Made by a program: the position numbers and the translations under genes. Positions 38,532 through 50,282 of a stretch of 64,000 bases of DNA are shown here, piece by piece. Within the stretch, counting starts at the first letter, position 1. Every line of letters begins with the position of its first letter. This DNA is from Chiloscyllium plagiosum (lineage: Eukaryota), in NCBI RefSeq assembly GCF_004010195.1, contig NC_057752.1, positions 8,279,889-8,343,888 of the forward strand, given 5' to 3'. The notes beneath the pieces are model-generated. The model was not told the DNA's origin. It saw only the letters and a program-made list of their open reading frames with translations, and searched no databases.

Positions 38532-38696
38532 CGATGCCATGATTCCTGCTGTCAGACTGAGAGCTATTGCCAAACTGCCAGGTTCTCCCACTTCCCTGCG
38601 CCGGTGATCATCCACAGCAAATATCGTGAAAACTAATTGGAATGTGGCAAAAATCTCCATTGCAAGCGCTTGGCCAGCATTTCCATCCTTGTTGAT
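38532..38696 (-). CDS. aqp14: aqp14 coding exon 3 (TM4-5)
   Basis: gcAG|ATC...TCG|GTAAG; 165 nt, the canonical size for this aquaporin exon; INKDGNAGQALAMEIFATFQLVFTIFAVDDHRRREVGEPGSLAIALSLTAGIMAS. Confidence 0.92.
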
Positions 38697-38887
38697 CTGC
38701 TCAGAAACACAAGAAATCATATAAAATTGAAACTCCCAGAATATATAAAGGAGATTGAGATTGTACATTTTATAAATAAATGATATAAATACAATTTTAT
38801 AAATACATTTAAATGTTTACATAGACCTTATATATTGCACAATTATAATCTAGGAAATGCATAATGTTCCTGAATGGACTTCAGTAT

Positions 38888-39185
38888 GGGTGGCACGGTG
38901 GCACAGTGGTTAGCACTGCTGCCTCACAGTGCCAGAGACCTGGGTTCAATTCCTGTCTGTGTGGAGTTTGCACATTCTCCCTGTGTCTGCGTGGGTTTCC
39001 TCCGGGTGCTCTAGTTTCCTCCCACAGTCCAAAATGTGCAGGTTAGGTGAATTGGCCATGCTAAATTCCCTGTAGTGTTAGATGAAGGGTTAAATGTAGG
39101 GGAGTGGGTCTGGGTGGGTTGCTGTTCAGAGGGTCGTTGTGGACTTGTTGGGCCGAAGGGCCTGTAAGTAATCTAATCTAATCTA
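38888..39185 (+). mobile_element. HE1-type V-SINE
   Basis: GGGTGGCACGGTGGCACAGTGGTTAGCACTGCTGCCTCACAG head and AATCT tail. Confidence 0.9.
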
Positions 39186-40103
39186 AAAGCATTCGACAAG
39201 GTTCCCCATGGGAAACTGGTTAGCAAGGTTAGATCTCATGGAATAAAGGGAGAACTAGCCATTTGGATACAGAACTGGCTCAAAGGTAGAAGACAGAGGG
39301 CGGTGGTGGAGGGTTTTCAGACTGGAGGCCTGTGATCAGTGGAGTGCCACAAGGATCGGTGCTGGGTCCACTACTTTTTGTCATTTACATAAATGATTTG
39401 GATGCAAGCATAAGAGGTANNNNNNNNNNNNNNNNNNNNNNNNNNNNNNNNNNNNNNNNNNNNNNNNNNNNNNNNNNNNNNNNNNNNNNNNNNNNNNNNN
39501 NNNNNNNNNNNNNNNNNNNNNNNNNNNNNNNNNNNNNNNNNNNNNNNNNNNNNNNNNNNNNNNNNNNNNNNNNNNNNNNNNNNNNNNNNNNNNNNNNNNN
39601 NNNNNNNNNNNNNNNNNNNNNNNNNNNNNNNNNNNNNNNNNNNNNNNNNNNNNNNNNNNNNNNNNNNNNNNNNNNNNNNNNNNNNNNNNNNNNNNNNNNN
39701 NTCCCTGGAGCGTTGGAGGCTGAGGGGTGACCTTCTAGAGATTTACAAAATTATGAGGGGCGTAGATAGGATAAATAGACAGTCTTTTCCCTGGGGTCGG
39801 GAGTCCAGAACTAGAGGGCATAGGTTTAGGGTGAGAGGGGAAAGATATAAAAGGGACCTAAGGGGCAACCTTTTCACGCAGAGGGTGGTATGTGTATGGA
39901 ATGAGGTGCCTGAGGAAGTGGTGGAGGCTGGTACAATTGCAACATTTAAGAGGCATTTGGATGGGTATATGAATAGGAAGAGTTTGGAGGGATATGGGCC
40001 GGGTGCTGTCAGGTGGGACTAGATTGGGTTGGGATATCTGGTTGGCATGGACAGGTTGGACAGAAGGGTCTGTTTCCGTGCTTTACATCTCTATGACTCT
40101 ATG
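39186..40103 (+). mobile_element. CR1 LINE 3' fragment (contains a gap)
   Basis: [13 protein letters not shown]...LFTQRVVCVWNE; CTATGACTCTATGA tail. Confidence 0.9.
39420..39701. other. Assembly gap (282 N)
   Basis: N run. Confidence 1.
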
Positions 40104-41847
40104 AAATGCATGTGTATATAGATAAAGCCTATTTCAAAAAAGAGCAGCAGAGTTATCCCAGTGTCCCACCCAATATCAATCCCTCACCACAAAAACAGAT
40201 TGTCTGGTCATTATCACACTGTGAACCATATTCATCATCATATAAATGTTCGTGGAATATGGTTTAGCCTGCGATGCCAACACAACTAAAGCAGAAAGAG
40301 CAGAAGACCATAAAAATGTAAATTTGCATTTTTGATTTTTATAAATACAGCACAGAGCAATGATGTAATGATACATTTCTGCAACACACTTTGGTTTCTG
40401 TTTCAGCCTTGATGTGCCTCATACTTCCATGATTTGAAAATAAAAGAAGTCCTACCACAGATTTTGGAGGCATACCACTACTTACCTTGCAATCACTTGA
40501 AAAGCAACAATTTACCCCATTTATTTGCTTTTCTCCCATGACATGTATCAATCCATGTGGTCAAAGGATAGATTTTTGTCTTTATTTAGGTGATAATCCA
40601 GTGGGGCAGATTCTGCTTGTGTCTCTTATGTGGCACCTTATTCAATGCTTTCTGAAAAATATAAATACTGTACCTCTTTGTGTCCCGCCTATGATATAAA
40701 CAAATGCCAAAGTTTGACTTGTCCTTTTCTAATTTAATTAGCTGTAATTAAGCAGTTAACAATTAACAACTAACCACCAGCTCCTCAGGTCCAAGTTCAG
40801 CTTTTACAGATTTCAATCAGTTGTAGGTTTCTGTGAATTAACAGTTAAAAGATCATCTATATCTAACCTGAACGCCTGTTTGAAATCAAATTTCTACATG
40901 AATCAGATCTCACGTTTTGCTCCCCACTTTGGTAAATTCATTTTATATGAATACTTTTAAATTGTTTAGTGTCATTAAGGGGTGGTATTGTTGGTAGGTC
41001 TTATTTGTCTCTTGAAGATTATTGAGGTAATATTTTCCCAGGAATTTCCCATTAGTGTAACTGATCCTATTGTTGTGTGAATGTGCAAAATGAACATTAG
41101 TGAGTGCAGGAAATCAGAGAAATTGGCACTGCGATTTTCTTAATTTATTTATAGAGTGTTGCAAGTTATAGTATAAGAGAGTAGATGAGAAGTCGTTCCA
41201 CAAGAAACGTTAATCCAAATGAACTATTGAGGAGGGGAATGAGGACAGAAAACAAAGCTGGAAATGATTTAATAGAAATAAAGGGGAGTTTGAGTTGGGG
41301 AATAATGAATTAACAAACCACTGGAAAAAGGTTTAATAGAAGGAAGTTAGGAACTAGACCATTGAACCTAAAGGTTGCAAGTTCAAATCCCACTGTGGTA
41401 AATTGTGAATTGAATAAATCTCATAACTTGTGGGAACATGTGATGATTGCTGCCAGATTATTGCAACAATTTTCAAGAAAGGAACCAGTCTGGCTCACGT
41501 GTGACTGATTTTATTCATTCACAGGATGTGGGCATTGCTGGCTTGGGCAGCATTTATTGCACATCCTGAATTGCTCTTGAGGCTGCAATCCTCAGGACCA
41601 GGCTGACATTTAACAGCCATTGAATTAGTTTGGCAAGCTCTCTACCTTCTCGGTGCAAATAGGAAGAAACATTAAATGCAGCTGCCTTCTAAAATGAAAC
41701 ACAATTTTGTTTGCAGCACCATGGTAAATTGTTTTTTTTGTTGCGTTTTATTGTTTAGTTTCTAATCTCCACTTTGGGGAAATACACCTCACTTGTAAAC
41801 CAACAGGGAAAATGTTATAGTAAATGCAGGAATATAAATAGACTTAC

Positions 41848-42204
41848 CATGTTAACTAAATGCCTTGATGCTGACTTGACTGGCAGTGACATGTAGATTA
41901 TCCCTGATCCAATCACAGCTCCAAGACATTGAGCCAAAAGGTAGGACACAACCTGAAGGAAATCCAGTTTCCTGGTGCACAAGAACGCGAGTGTGACAGC
42001 TGGGTTTACCTGAGCACCGCTAATCTCTCCGAAACAGTGGATCAGGCTGACAGCAGAAAACCCCGCAGCTACAGCCACCTGCATCAAGGCAGGCACCTCG
42101 TCCTCCTGTCCAGGGGCAGAGGCACCCAAAATCACTGCAACCAAGACCAGGGAGCCAACCAGCTCTGCCAAAACTGAACGCCAGAACCTGCGACTCCTCA
42201 ACTC
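41848..42204 (-). CDS. aqp14: aqp14 coding exon 2 (TM1-3, first NPA)
   Basis: Acceptor ctttttgtcttAG|GAG; ELRSRRFWRSVLAELVGS...GEISGAQVNPAVTLAFL...HLVNM; donor ATG|GTAAGT; 357 nt. Confidence 0.92.
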
Positions 42205-44500
42205 CTAAGACAAAAAGGACAGTGTCACTGTGAAAATTATTTTACTTTTTAGATTTTATTTCCTTGCAGATTCTACATTGACTTATATAGAATTTTACAG
42301 AATAGAAACAGAGCATCCAGCCCAACTGATCTGTGCTGGTGTTTATACTCCACTAGAGCCTCCTCCCACCCCTATTCAACTAACCCTCTCTAATCTTCTA
42401 TTCCTTCCATCCAGGTGTATACCAAGTTTCTCCTTAAAGGGAAATGGATCTTGACTTAGCCACAAGGATGTAATGATCTTCTCTGTGCAGTTTTCTACTA
42501 TTTTCAACATTTATTCCATTGACTTCCACTGCTATTGCTATCATTACTGAGGTAAACCTTCCTCTCTCCTCCAAGCCCCACCAAATGCCTGTTATTTGCA
42601 GTAGTTTCACATTCCTTCATAAGAATGATTTTGATTTGACTCATGAATCAGGACTGCAGCCTTTGCCACACAAAACGGTATCTATCTCAAGTGAAGCCTG
42701 CAGACGTTTTCCACAAAAACCCAGCCCAGACCCCGATCTCCACATAATGTTCAAAGACGCCAATAGATGTCTAACAGGCCCTAGTCAGCATATTTTTGAT
42801 TAGTAAACTGTTGATGTTTTCTTGCAAAACAAATGAGATCCTGGGATATTTAATATTTCAGTTAAAGAATGGCTTAAAGATGTCAGGTGTGAATGTACAG
42901 GGCAATGTTTCAATTCTGGTCTTGTACAACCCATCATTTTGGTTTGAATCTCTGCTCACTCCGATTTATTTCGGTGCTGAAGTAATTAACATCAACCAGT
43001 AATGGGCTGTTTCCATCTTTTTTCTTTCTCAGTTATTCTCTTTACTTTTCTCTCACTATCCTAAAATTTGTACAGATTTGTACAAGCGTCAAAATGACTT
43101 TTGCCCACCATGCCAGGAGACACTTGCAGTTATGCAGTTTGTGAATTATCATTACAAAACTGGGATAAATCAGAAAGGTTATGCAAGATAAATCATCCAC
43201 TAGTCAGAAGAAAATTGGATGGATTCTAAACCAGCCAGCTGATTCACTGTCACCCACAGTGAATTTATATCCCTGGGTCTCCACTCTCTTTTCACTTTGT
43301 TCTCTCTGTTTCTCTCTTCACTTCTTTCTATCTACATGACAAACATCATGAGGAGTAATGTCATTACCATGTAACATGGCCATTTTGCAGAAGACATGCA
43401 TAGATGATTAGGTTTTATATCTGCTTTCAACACCACACAGAGAAATAGCAGATTCTCCATTACGAATACAGACTTTCAAGCTGTCATTGTCCCCATGTTG
43501 AAGCTTTATGAATGTTTATTGAATACTGCTACTACAACATTCTTATCTGTCAGCTCAGCAGCAAGATGGGGCCAAGCAATCCTAGAGGAGCCATGTACCA
43601 TTTATACAGTGTAATTACAGATTTTCTTTACGAGTTGTGCACCATTTACGCCACTTCTGCATCCAACTTGGAAAATAAACACCAGACTGTCCATCATCAA
43701 AATATCAAATTCAGGAATTAAACATCAGCTCTGTTAACCTGAACATGTCAATTAATCAATTTACAGCCTCTGTGTACAGGATAGAACATTGCATGTGCAA
43801 AGGAAAATGGTAATTTTCCAAATTGGTAATGTACACAGTTCAAAATGAAGAGCAATGCATTACATTAATCTTGTACAAAGATTTATATAAACTAGCAGAT
43901 ATGCATGACGTGCTAACTATTAAATTAATGTGCACTACATTCATTTACTTTTTTATCTACCATTTCTGTCAATCTTTTTCTGTTTTTCTCTGTCTCTGAG
44001 TTGCTTCTTGCCTCTTTATATCCATTTATTTAATAGCCTGGTATTTATTCTCTTCAGTTATTGCCAAATTTAATATAAGTTTTAAGATTGATCCATTGTC
44101 TTTTTGTTTATCTATGTCTCTTCGCAATGCTACATATCCTGCTATTTCTGTCTCTTGTATACCATCTTTATTCATAATTTTAGTCTTTCAAGCTAATGTC
44201 TACAATTTTACTCTTTTAATTCAGCTATTCTTGTTTTTCCATGACCCTGTATCAATCTATTTTAATTTTCCTCCTTTCGTTAATCCACCAAGCGAACAGA
44301 AATCTCTGGATAATTCAAAAATGCAGGTATAAAAGCTGTAATCGGCAGAAAACCAGTGAGCACTTCAAACCACTTGTTAAAGTACGCTTGAACAAGATCA
44401 TTTAGTATCCTATGATGAACAAACTAGAAATAAACACTAATTGCCATCAAGCTGTTAATATTCTCTGGTTGGGTGGGGAGAATTAAACCATTTTCCTTAC

Positions 44501-44515
44501 CTCTCGGAAAGACAT
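44501..44515 (-). CDS. aqp14: aqp14 coding exon 1 (micro-exon, MSFRE)
   Basis: ATG TCT TTC CGA GAG|GTAAGG with a strong donor. In-frame TGA lies about 95 nt upstream. Splices in phase to ELRSRRFW. Confidence 0.75.
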
Positions 44516-44599
44516 GCTGAGTCCCAAGCAGAGATGCTTCTCGTGATTTATCTCACTCCAGAATATTTTTTTCTGAGCTGTGTCTTTCAACAGAACTAC

Positions 44600-45210
44600 A
44601 GGGAATCCTCAAAGCGCTCACGAATTGGACACACAAACAAACTGGCAAACCTCTCACTCTCCAATGCAACAAATAATTTTAAATTCTCCAGCCAGCTTCC
44701 TCCTCCTCTGATGGTGGCAGCCTTCTGCCTTGTAAGGTGACAGTTTGCACTGTGGTGGTGTTTTGTGTGAAACATCACCTGCTGTGACTCAGAAGCCCTG
44801 CTGCGACATGGCGGTCTGGGCTGAGAAGATGCAGGAATCACTGGCCTCCGTTTACTCTGGGTCCTCTTCTTGGCCAGCTGAACTTTATGTTTCTGTTCAT
44901 CTCTTCCAAAGCCCTTCCTGACAGTCGGCATCCAGAGTTCATAGCTGTCAGCAAACATCTCCCAACTGTCAACATCAATTTCTGCCAAATTCATATTTTT
45001 CTCGCAGGTGTCCTTATAGTGGAGGTATGGACACTATGGAGTTTTTGACCCAGTGGCCAGTTTGCTGTACAGAAGGTCTTTGAGTAGACAGCTATCATCC
45101 ATCTGATGAACATGGCTGAGCCAGCTCAGGTGTTGTTGGCTTACCAATGAATGCATGCTGATGGAATTAGCACACGCTGGGACCTCTGAGTTGGTGACCT
45201 TGTCTCTGTC
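44600..45210 (-). mobile_element. RTE-clade LINE 3' fragment immediately upstream of the aqp14 ATG
   Basis: DKVTNSEV...LSWLSHVHQMDD..LLKDLLYSKLATG...YKDTC...IDVDSWE resembles the RTE C-terminus. Confidence 0.72.
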
Positions 45211-46539
45211 CACACAGCGGGGAGGGGGCACCGATTTCCCCCTGTTTGCCATGTTCGGGACAAATGTTGGGAATTGTGTAGGGTAGCTGTGGACTGACGG
45301 TGATTGTCCAAGTGCATGACAGACTTTTAAAGATGGTGCGGGCACAAGGGATTTTGGTGATTTCTGGGATATCCATTGAGTAGTGGCATGTTCTAGGAAT
45401 GGCACATGGTAAGAGGGGACTAGAATTGGATGAGAGATGCCATCGGGGCAGGGTAAGTAATTCTTGCAGGAAGTTTGGTAAGATACATTGATATAATTCA
45501 CTTGGTCTCATGATGAAAACCCTCCAACAAATTTCAACGCTGCTCAGATTTAGCCAACAAATGTGGTTTTCAGCCATTAGTTTCAGCTGTTAATTGATAA
45601 CATTTATAATAATTAACAGCATACCGTAGAATTAGTGGGAAACAGTGTGATGAAAACATGCTGGTTCACAGACCCACTGTTAGAACCTGAAAAAGGACAA
45701 GACTTGAATATCCTCCTTCTCATCCCTTTGTATTCCCATCAAACAGTTGGTAGGAGGTCACATGTTGCCTTCACAGATAACAGCATTAGATAAGCAAATT
45801 CCTATGGCGTCACCACTGGCTCCTGGTTCTGTAGGAGCAATGATTTACTGGAAAGCAGACCAAATGGTATCAATCAGATGAGGGAAGCTGTATACAATAC
45901 TTGTTCATATTCGATCGCCACACTTTGGATGGCGGGAAGAGATCCTGCTCACAAAGCAAACTTCTGTGCAACATGGCCTGACAATCCTACGCTGGCAGGT
46001 TTGTCAGCCACTCTCACACACTGCAAACTCCCATGAGTAGCAATGTGTCAATGGCCAGATAATTTGTTTCAGTGATATTTGTTGAGGGATAAATCTGCTC
46101 TTTTTCAGCTATTACTCTGGGTCATTTACACAAACCTAACAGGGCAGGAGAGACCACCTTATCTGAAAGATGGTATCTCCAATGTGTGCCTTCCTGGTGT
46201 GAAACTTGAACCCACGACATTCTGAATCTGAGGTGAGAGATGCTTTCACCTTCCAGACCCTTTTACATAAATTCAGGCTGTCACCATTTTCCTGTGCAAA
46301 GGAAGCATCAGCTGAACAAGATGATCAGGTTGTTTTGGGTGCAAAGATTCTACTCAATACTCAAGTGGGCATCAGGGATCTTCAAGCCAACCCCACAGCT
46401 TTCTTGAGAAAGAAGGATTTGCATAATGTTCACCTGATATCTGAACACAGATGCATCATTTGGAACAGCAATGACTGTTATCTTGGAAGCAGCCATGACA
46501 TCTTTACTGTGTGGCACCTGATGGTGCCTGCAACAACTT

Positions 46540-47210
46540 ATTTATGGCACCTTTCCTGTAATAAAACATTGCAAGATCCTTCAGGAATGCTATAAAACAA
46601 AATTTGATACTGAGCCACTTCGGGACAATAGGTCCAATGAACAAAAACTCAAAGAGGTAGGGTTCAATAAGTATCGTAGAGGAGGAAATTGAGATGGAGG
46701 GAGGGAGGGAGGGAATTCCAAAGCCTTGTGTTCTGGATACCTTGAAAGTGTCCTGCCTATGGAGGAGCAGTTAAAATTGGGAATGCACAAAAGACTAGAA
46801 TGAGAGAAGTGTGGAGATCTCAGAGGGTTGGAGGAGCTTTGGGGAGATTATTGAAACAGAGAGGGGAAAGGCCATGGAAGGATTTGTAAACAAGGGTGAG
46901 AATTTTAAAATCAAGACATTGCTTGACTGGAAACCAATGGAGGTCAGTGAGCATAGGGGTGATAGAGGAACAAGAATTGCTCTTAGTTAAGATACGGGCA
47001 GCAGAGTTCAAGGCGACCTCAGGTTTATGGAGGGTAGGATATGAGAGACCAGGCAGGAGTGCTCTGGAATAATCAAGTCTAGACGGCATGGATGAGGGTG
47101 ACAGCAGGCAAGCTGAGACAAGCGTGAAGTTGAGCACTGTTATGGAGGTAGAAATAAGTGGTCTTCGTGATGATGTAACGATGAGGTCAGAAGCTTAAGC
47201 CAAGATCAAA
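46540..47210 (-). mobile_element. L2 LINE 3' fragment
   Basis: SRLDYSRALL...NSAARILT...ITPMLTDLHWFPVKQCLDFKILTLVYK. Confidence 0.85.
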
Positions 47211-48319
47211 TGATACAGCATTATGTGTTCCTCAGACAAGTGTGTCACAAGTTTTTTTGGGAAAGCTTTACCAATGCTCGTAGTCTATTCAAAATAAGGG
47301 TAAGCCTTTCACAATGTTTGGTGTGAACTGCCTGCACCCTCCCCAAGTCTCAAGTGTGTACATCCCCAGTTTGGCACAACTGTAAAATAAGGGTTAATAT
47401 TCTTGGTCCTGGCATTACTGAGCCACAGAAATCACTCATTCCGCAAGCTTCTCAGTTTGAGATGGCTGAGTGAATCATGAATATGATGAGAGCTCTTGAA
47501 CAAGTAAAATTATACTAAAATGCAGATTTAAAGATAAATATTGAATTGATGTACTGTGTTTTCAACAAAAAGCAAGCAACAAGCAGACATCACCTCTTTT
47601 GAAGTACACAAATACATGATCAGTGTTTGATCTACCTTGTGCTGAATCATATGGTCCTAATGAAATGTAATGAAGCCTGCAATGTTAATAGAGCTCAAAA
47701 ATAAAAGCGGCATTGCAAGGATTAGATACAGTTTGAAAAGCTCTTTTTAGTTACAACAATCTAAATTAGTATATGTTGATAACCCTTGGTGTATATTATA
47801 ATAAGTACAGTCACCAGCCTAATTAGAATGCAGCATTCATGTTGTTCAGTAGGCAAGCTTAACTTTTTCTTCTTGCTTGTGTTGGGCTCTGGTTCAAAAC
47901 CCCACCCAAATAAATTTGCCATTTGTGAGCTTGATCAGTCAAGGTCAGTAGACTATTTGACCAGGTAATACCTCACAGCTAAACACAATTCTGGCCCTAC
48001 CCAACAACAATGTCTGCAAGCAAGGCTTTGATTCCTGAGCCTTGTTGCAATAACTGAGTTATTAAGTTCATAAAGGCAGACTCTTTTTTTTAAAGACCAT
48101 TGCTGTTGTTGAGACCATTGTTGTTTTTCTTTATTTTTCTCATTTTTGGTTTGAAATGTGTGCTGAAATTGAGAATGGGATTTCAAACTTTGAGCAGTAG
48201 CTTATTTGGGAAAGGAGGAGAGAGCAAACAAACTGATGTTTGTTTATCGGAATTGACTTGGAAAAATCATTGCGGGTTAATTTTGGTCCTAAAAACACAA
48301 CAGACATTTCAGCACTAAG

Positions 48320-49550
48320 ATATGAGAAGGTGACCAAACAGGTGGATGAGGGTAAAGCAGTTGGTGTGGTGTCTATGGGTTTCAGTAAGGCTTTTCTTAA
48401 GGTTCCCCATGGTAGGCTACTGCACAAAATACAGAGGCATGGGATTGAGAGCGATTTAGCGGTTTGGATCAGAAATTGGCTAGCTGAAAGAAGACAGAGA
48501 GTGGTGGTTAATGGAAAATGTTAATCCTGGAGTTTAGCTACTAGTGGTGTACTGCAAGGATCTGTTTTGGGTCCACTGCTATTTGTCAATTTTATAAACA
48601 ACCTGGATGAGGATGTAGAAGGATGGGTCAGTACATTTGCAGATGACACTAAGGTTGATGGAGTTGTGGATAGTGCCGAAGGATGTTGCAGGTTACAGAG
48701 GAGTATAGATAAGCTGCAGAGCTGGGCTGAGAGGTGGCAAATGGAGTTTAATGCATGTAAAAGTGTGAGGTTGTTCATTTTAGAAGGAACAACAGGAATA
48801 AAGAGTACTGGGCTAATGGTAAGATTCTTGGTCGTGTAGATGAGCAGGGAGATCTCAGTGTCCATGTACATAGATCCCTCAAAGTTGCTACCCAGGTTGA
48901 TAGGCTGTTAAGAAGGCACATGGTGTGTTAGCTTTTATTGGTAGAGGGATTGAGTTTCATAACCATGAGGTCATGCTGCAGCTGTATGAAACGCTGCTGC
49001 AGCCGCACTTTGAGTATTGCCTACAGTTCTGGTCACCACATTTTAGGAAGAATGTGGAAGCTTTGGACAGGGTTCAGAGGTGATTTACTAGGATGTTGCC
49101 TGGTATGGAAGGAAGGTCTTACGAGGAAAGGTTGAGGGAATTGAGGCTGTTTTCGTTACAGGGAAGAGGTTGAGAGGTGACTTAATTGAGACATATAAGA
49201 TAATCAGAGGGCTAGATTGGGTGGACAGTGAGAGCCTTTTTTCCGAGGATGGTGATGGCTAGTGTGAGGGGGCATAGCTTCAAATTGAGGGGTGATAGAT
49301 ATAGGACAGATGTCAGAGGTAAGTTCTTTACTCAGGGAGTAGTAGGGGTGTGGAACGCACTGCCTGCAACAGTAATAGACTCGCCAACTTCAAGGGCATT
49401 TAAATGGGCATTGGATAGGCATATGGATGAGAATGGAATAGTGTAGGTTAGATGGGCTTCAGATTGGTTTCACAGGGCAGCGCAACATCAAGGGCAGAAG
49501 GGCCTGTACTGAGCTGCAACGTTCCTTGTTCTATGTTCTATGTTCTATGT
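48320..49550 (+). mobile_element. CR1 LINE fragment
   Basis: FSKAFLKVPHGRLL, FADDTKV, FFTQGVV motifs; (TTCTATG)n tail. Confidence 0.9.
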
Positions 49551-50282
49551 GTTATGCTCAAGGACTGGCAGAGGGTTGGATGTGACATTGGTCAATCAAG
49601 AGGAGGCTAGTACTGGCAAGTCAATCACAGAGAATGTTGAAAAAGAAAGTGAAAACCATAGATTGAACTGGTTTTGACTGAGTTTTGGAGTGGCAGAAGA
49701 CTGTGTACTTGGAAGCTGCTAGACTGGAAGCTAGTTTTGAGTTTACTCTCTGTGATTTTATATTCAGTTAAAGAATTGTTGAATGTTCTGTGAAAAGAAT
49801 GAGAGTTTATCAGAAATAAGTGACTATTTCTCAGAGCCTGCTTGAAAGCTGTCTGCCTTGAGGTGATTTCAGAATTCAAGCAAGATACTACCCCATGTAC
49901 CTGTAATACAACACATCATTCAAAGATTCCATAAACATTGAAATAGTTATTGAACTGGCAAATAAGAATTCTCTTATTTTCTTCTAACTTATCTGTTCTA
50001 AGTTAACTGTCTGTCTATGTGTGAGAATGGGGTTATGAATAAAGAAGATTGAGTTTAAATCACAGACATTAATTGGATGACCTTGTTGTTTAACTTTGCT
50101 CTGCTAAGGTTTAAGTATTAATAATAAATTGTTATTTTTTTGTTTAAACTATAGACTTGGTTTCCTAAATCTGTTTTTCATAAAGTCTGGTTAGGAACAA
50201 CAGGCCAATTTTAGGGAAATTGAATATTTTTAATTTCACAATGTTGTGAATCCAGTGATAGCGAGGTTGATTTAGTTTGGCT

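Larger units (their letters stand above)
29161..44515 (-). other. aqp14: Complete aquaporin gene model, 5 coding exons, 278 aa (aquaporin-14)
   Basis: Exons 44515-44501, 42204-41848, 38696-38532, 36431-36351 and 29379-29161 join in phase 0 with GT-AG introns into an open frame with two NPA boxes. The C-terminus DIEIVETTSVSRSSLLTVTQSAMRAKQ and the non-aromatic ar/R filter fit Aqp14. Confidence 0.85.

Noticed and set aside
49550..50282. Possible further LTR
   Set aside because: It starts with TGTTA and has AATAAA, but no partner copy, clear end or target duplication could be established.
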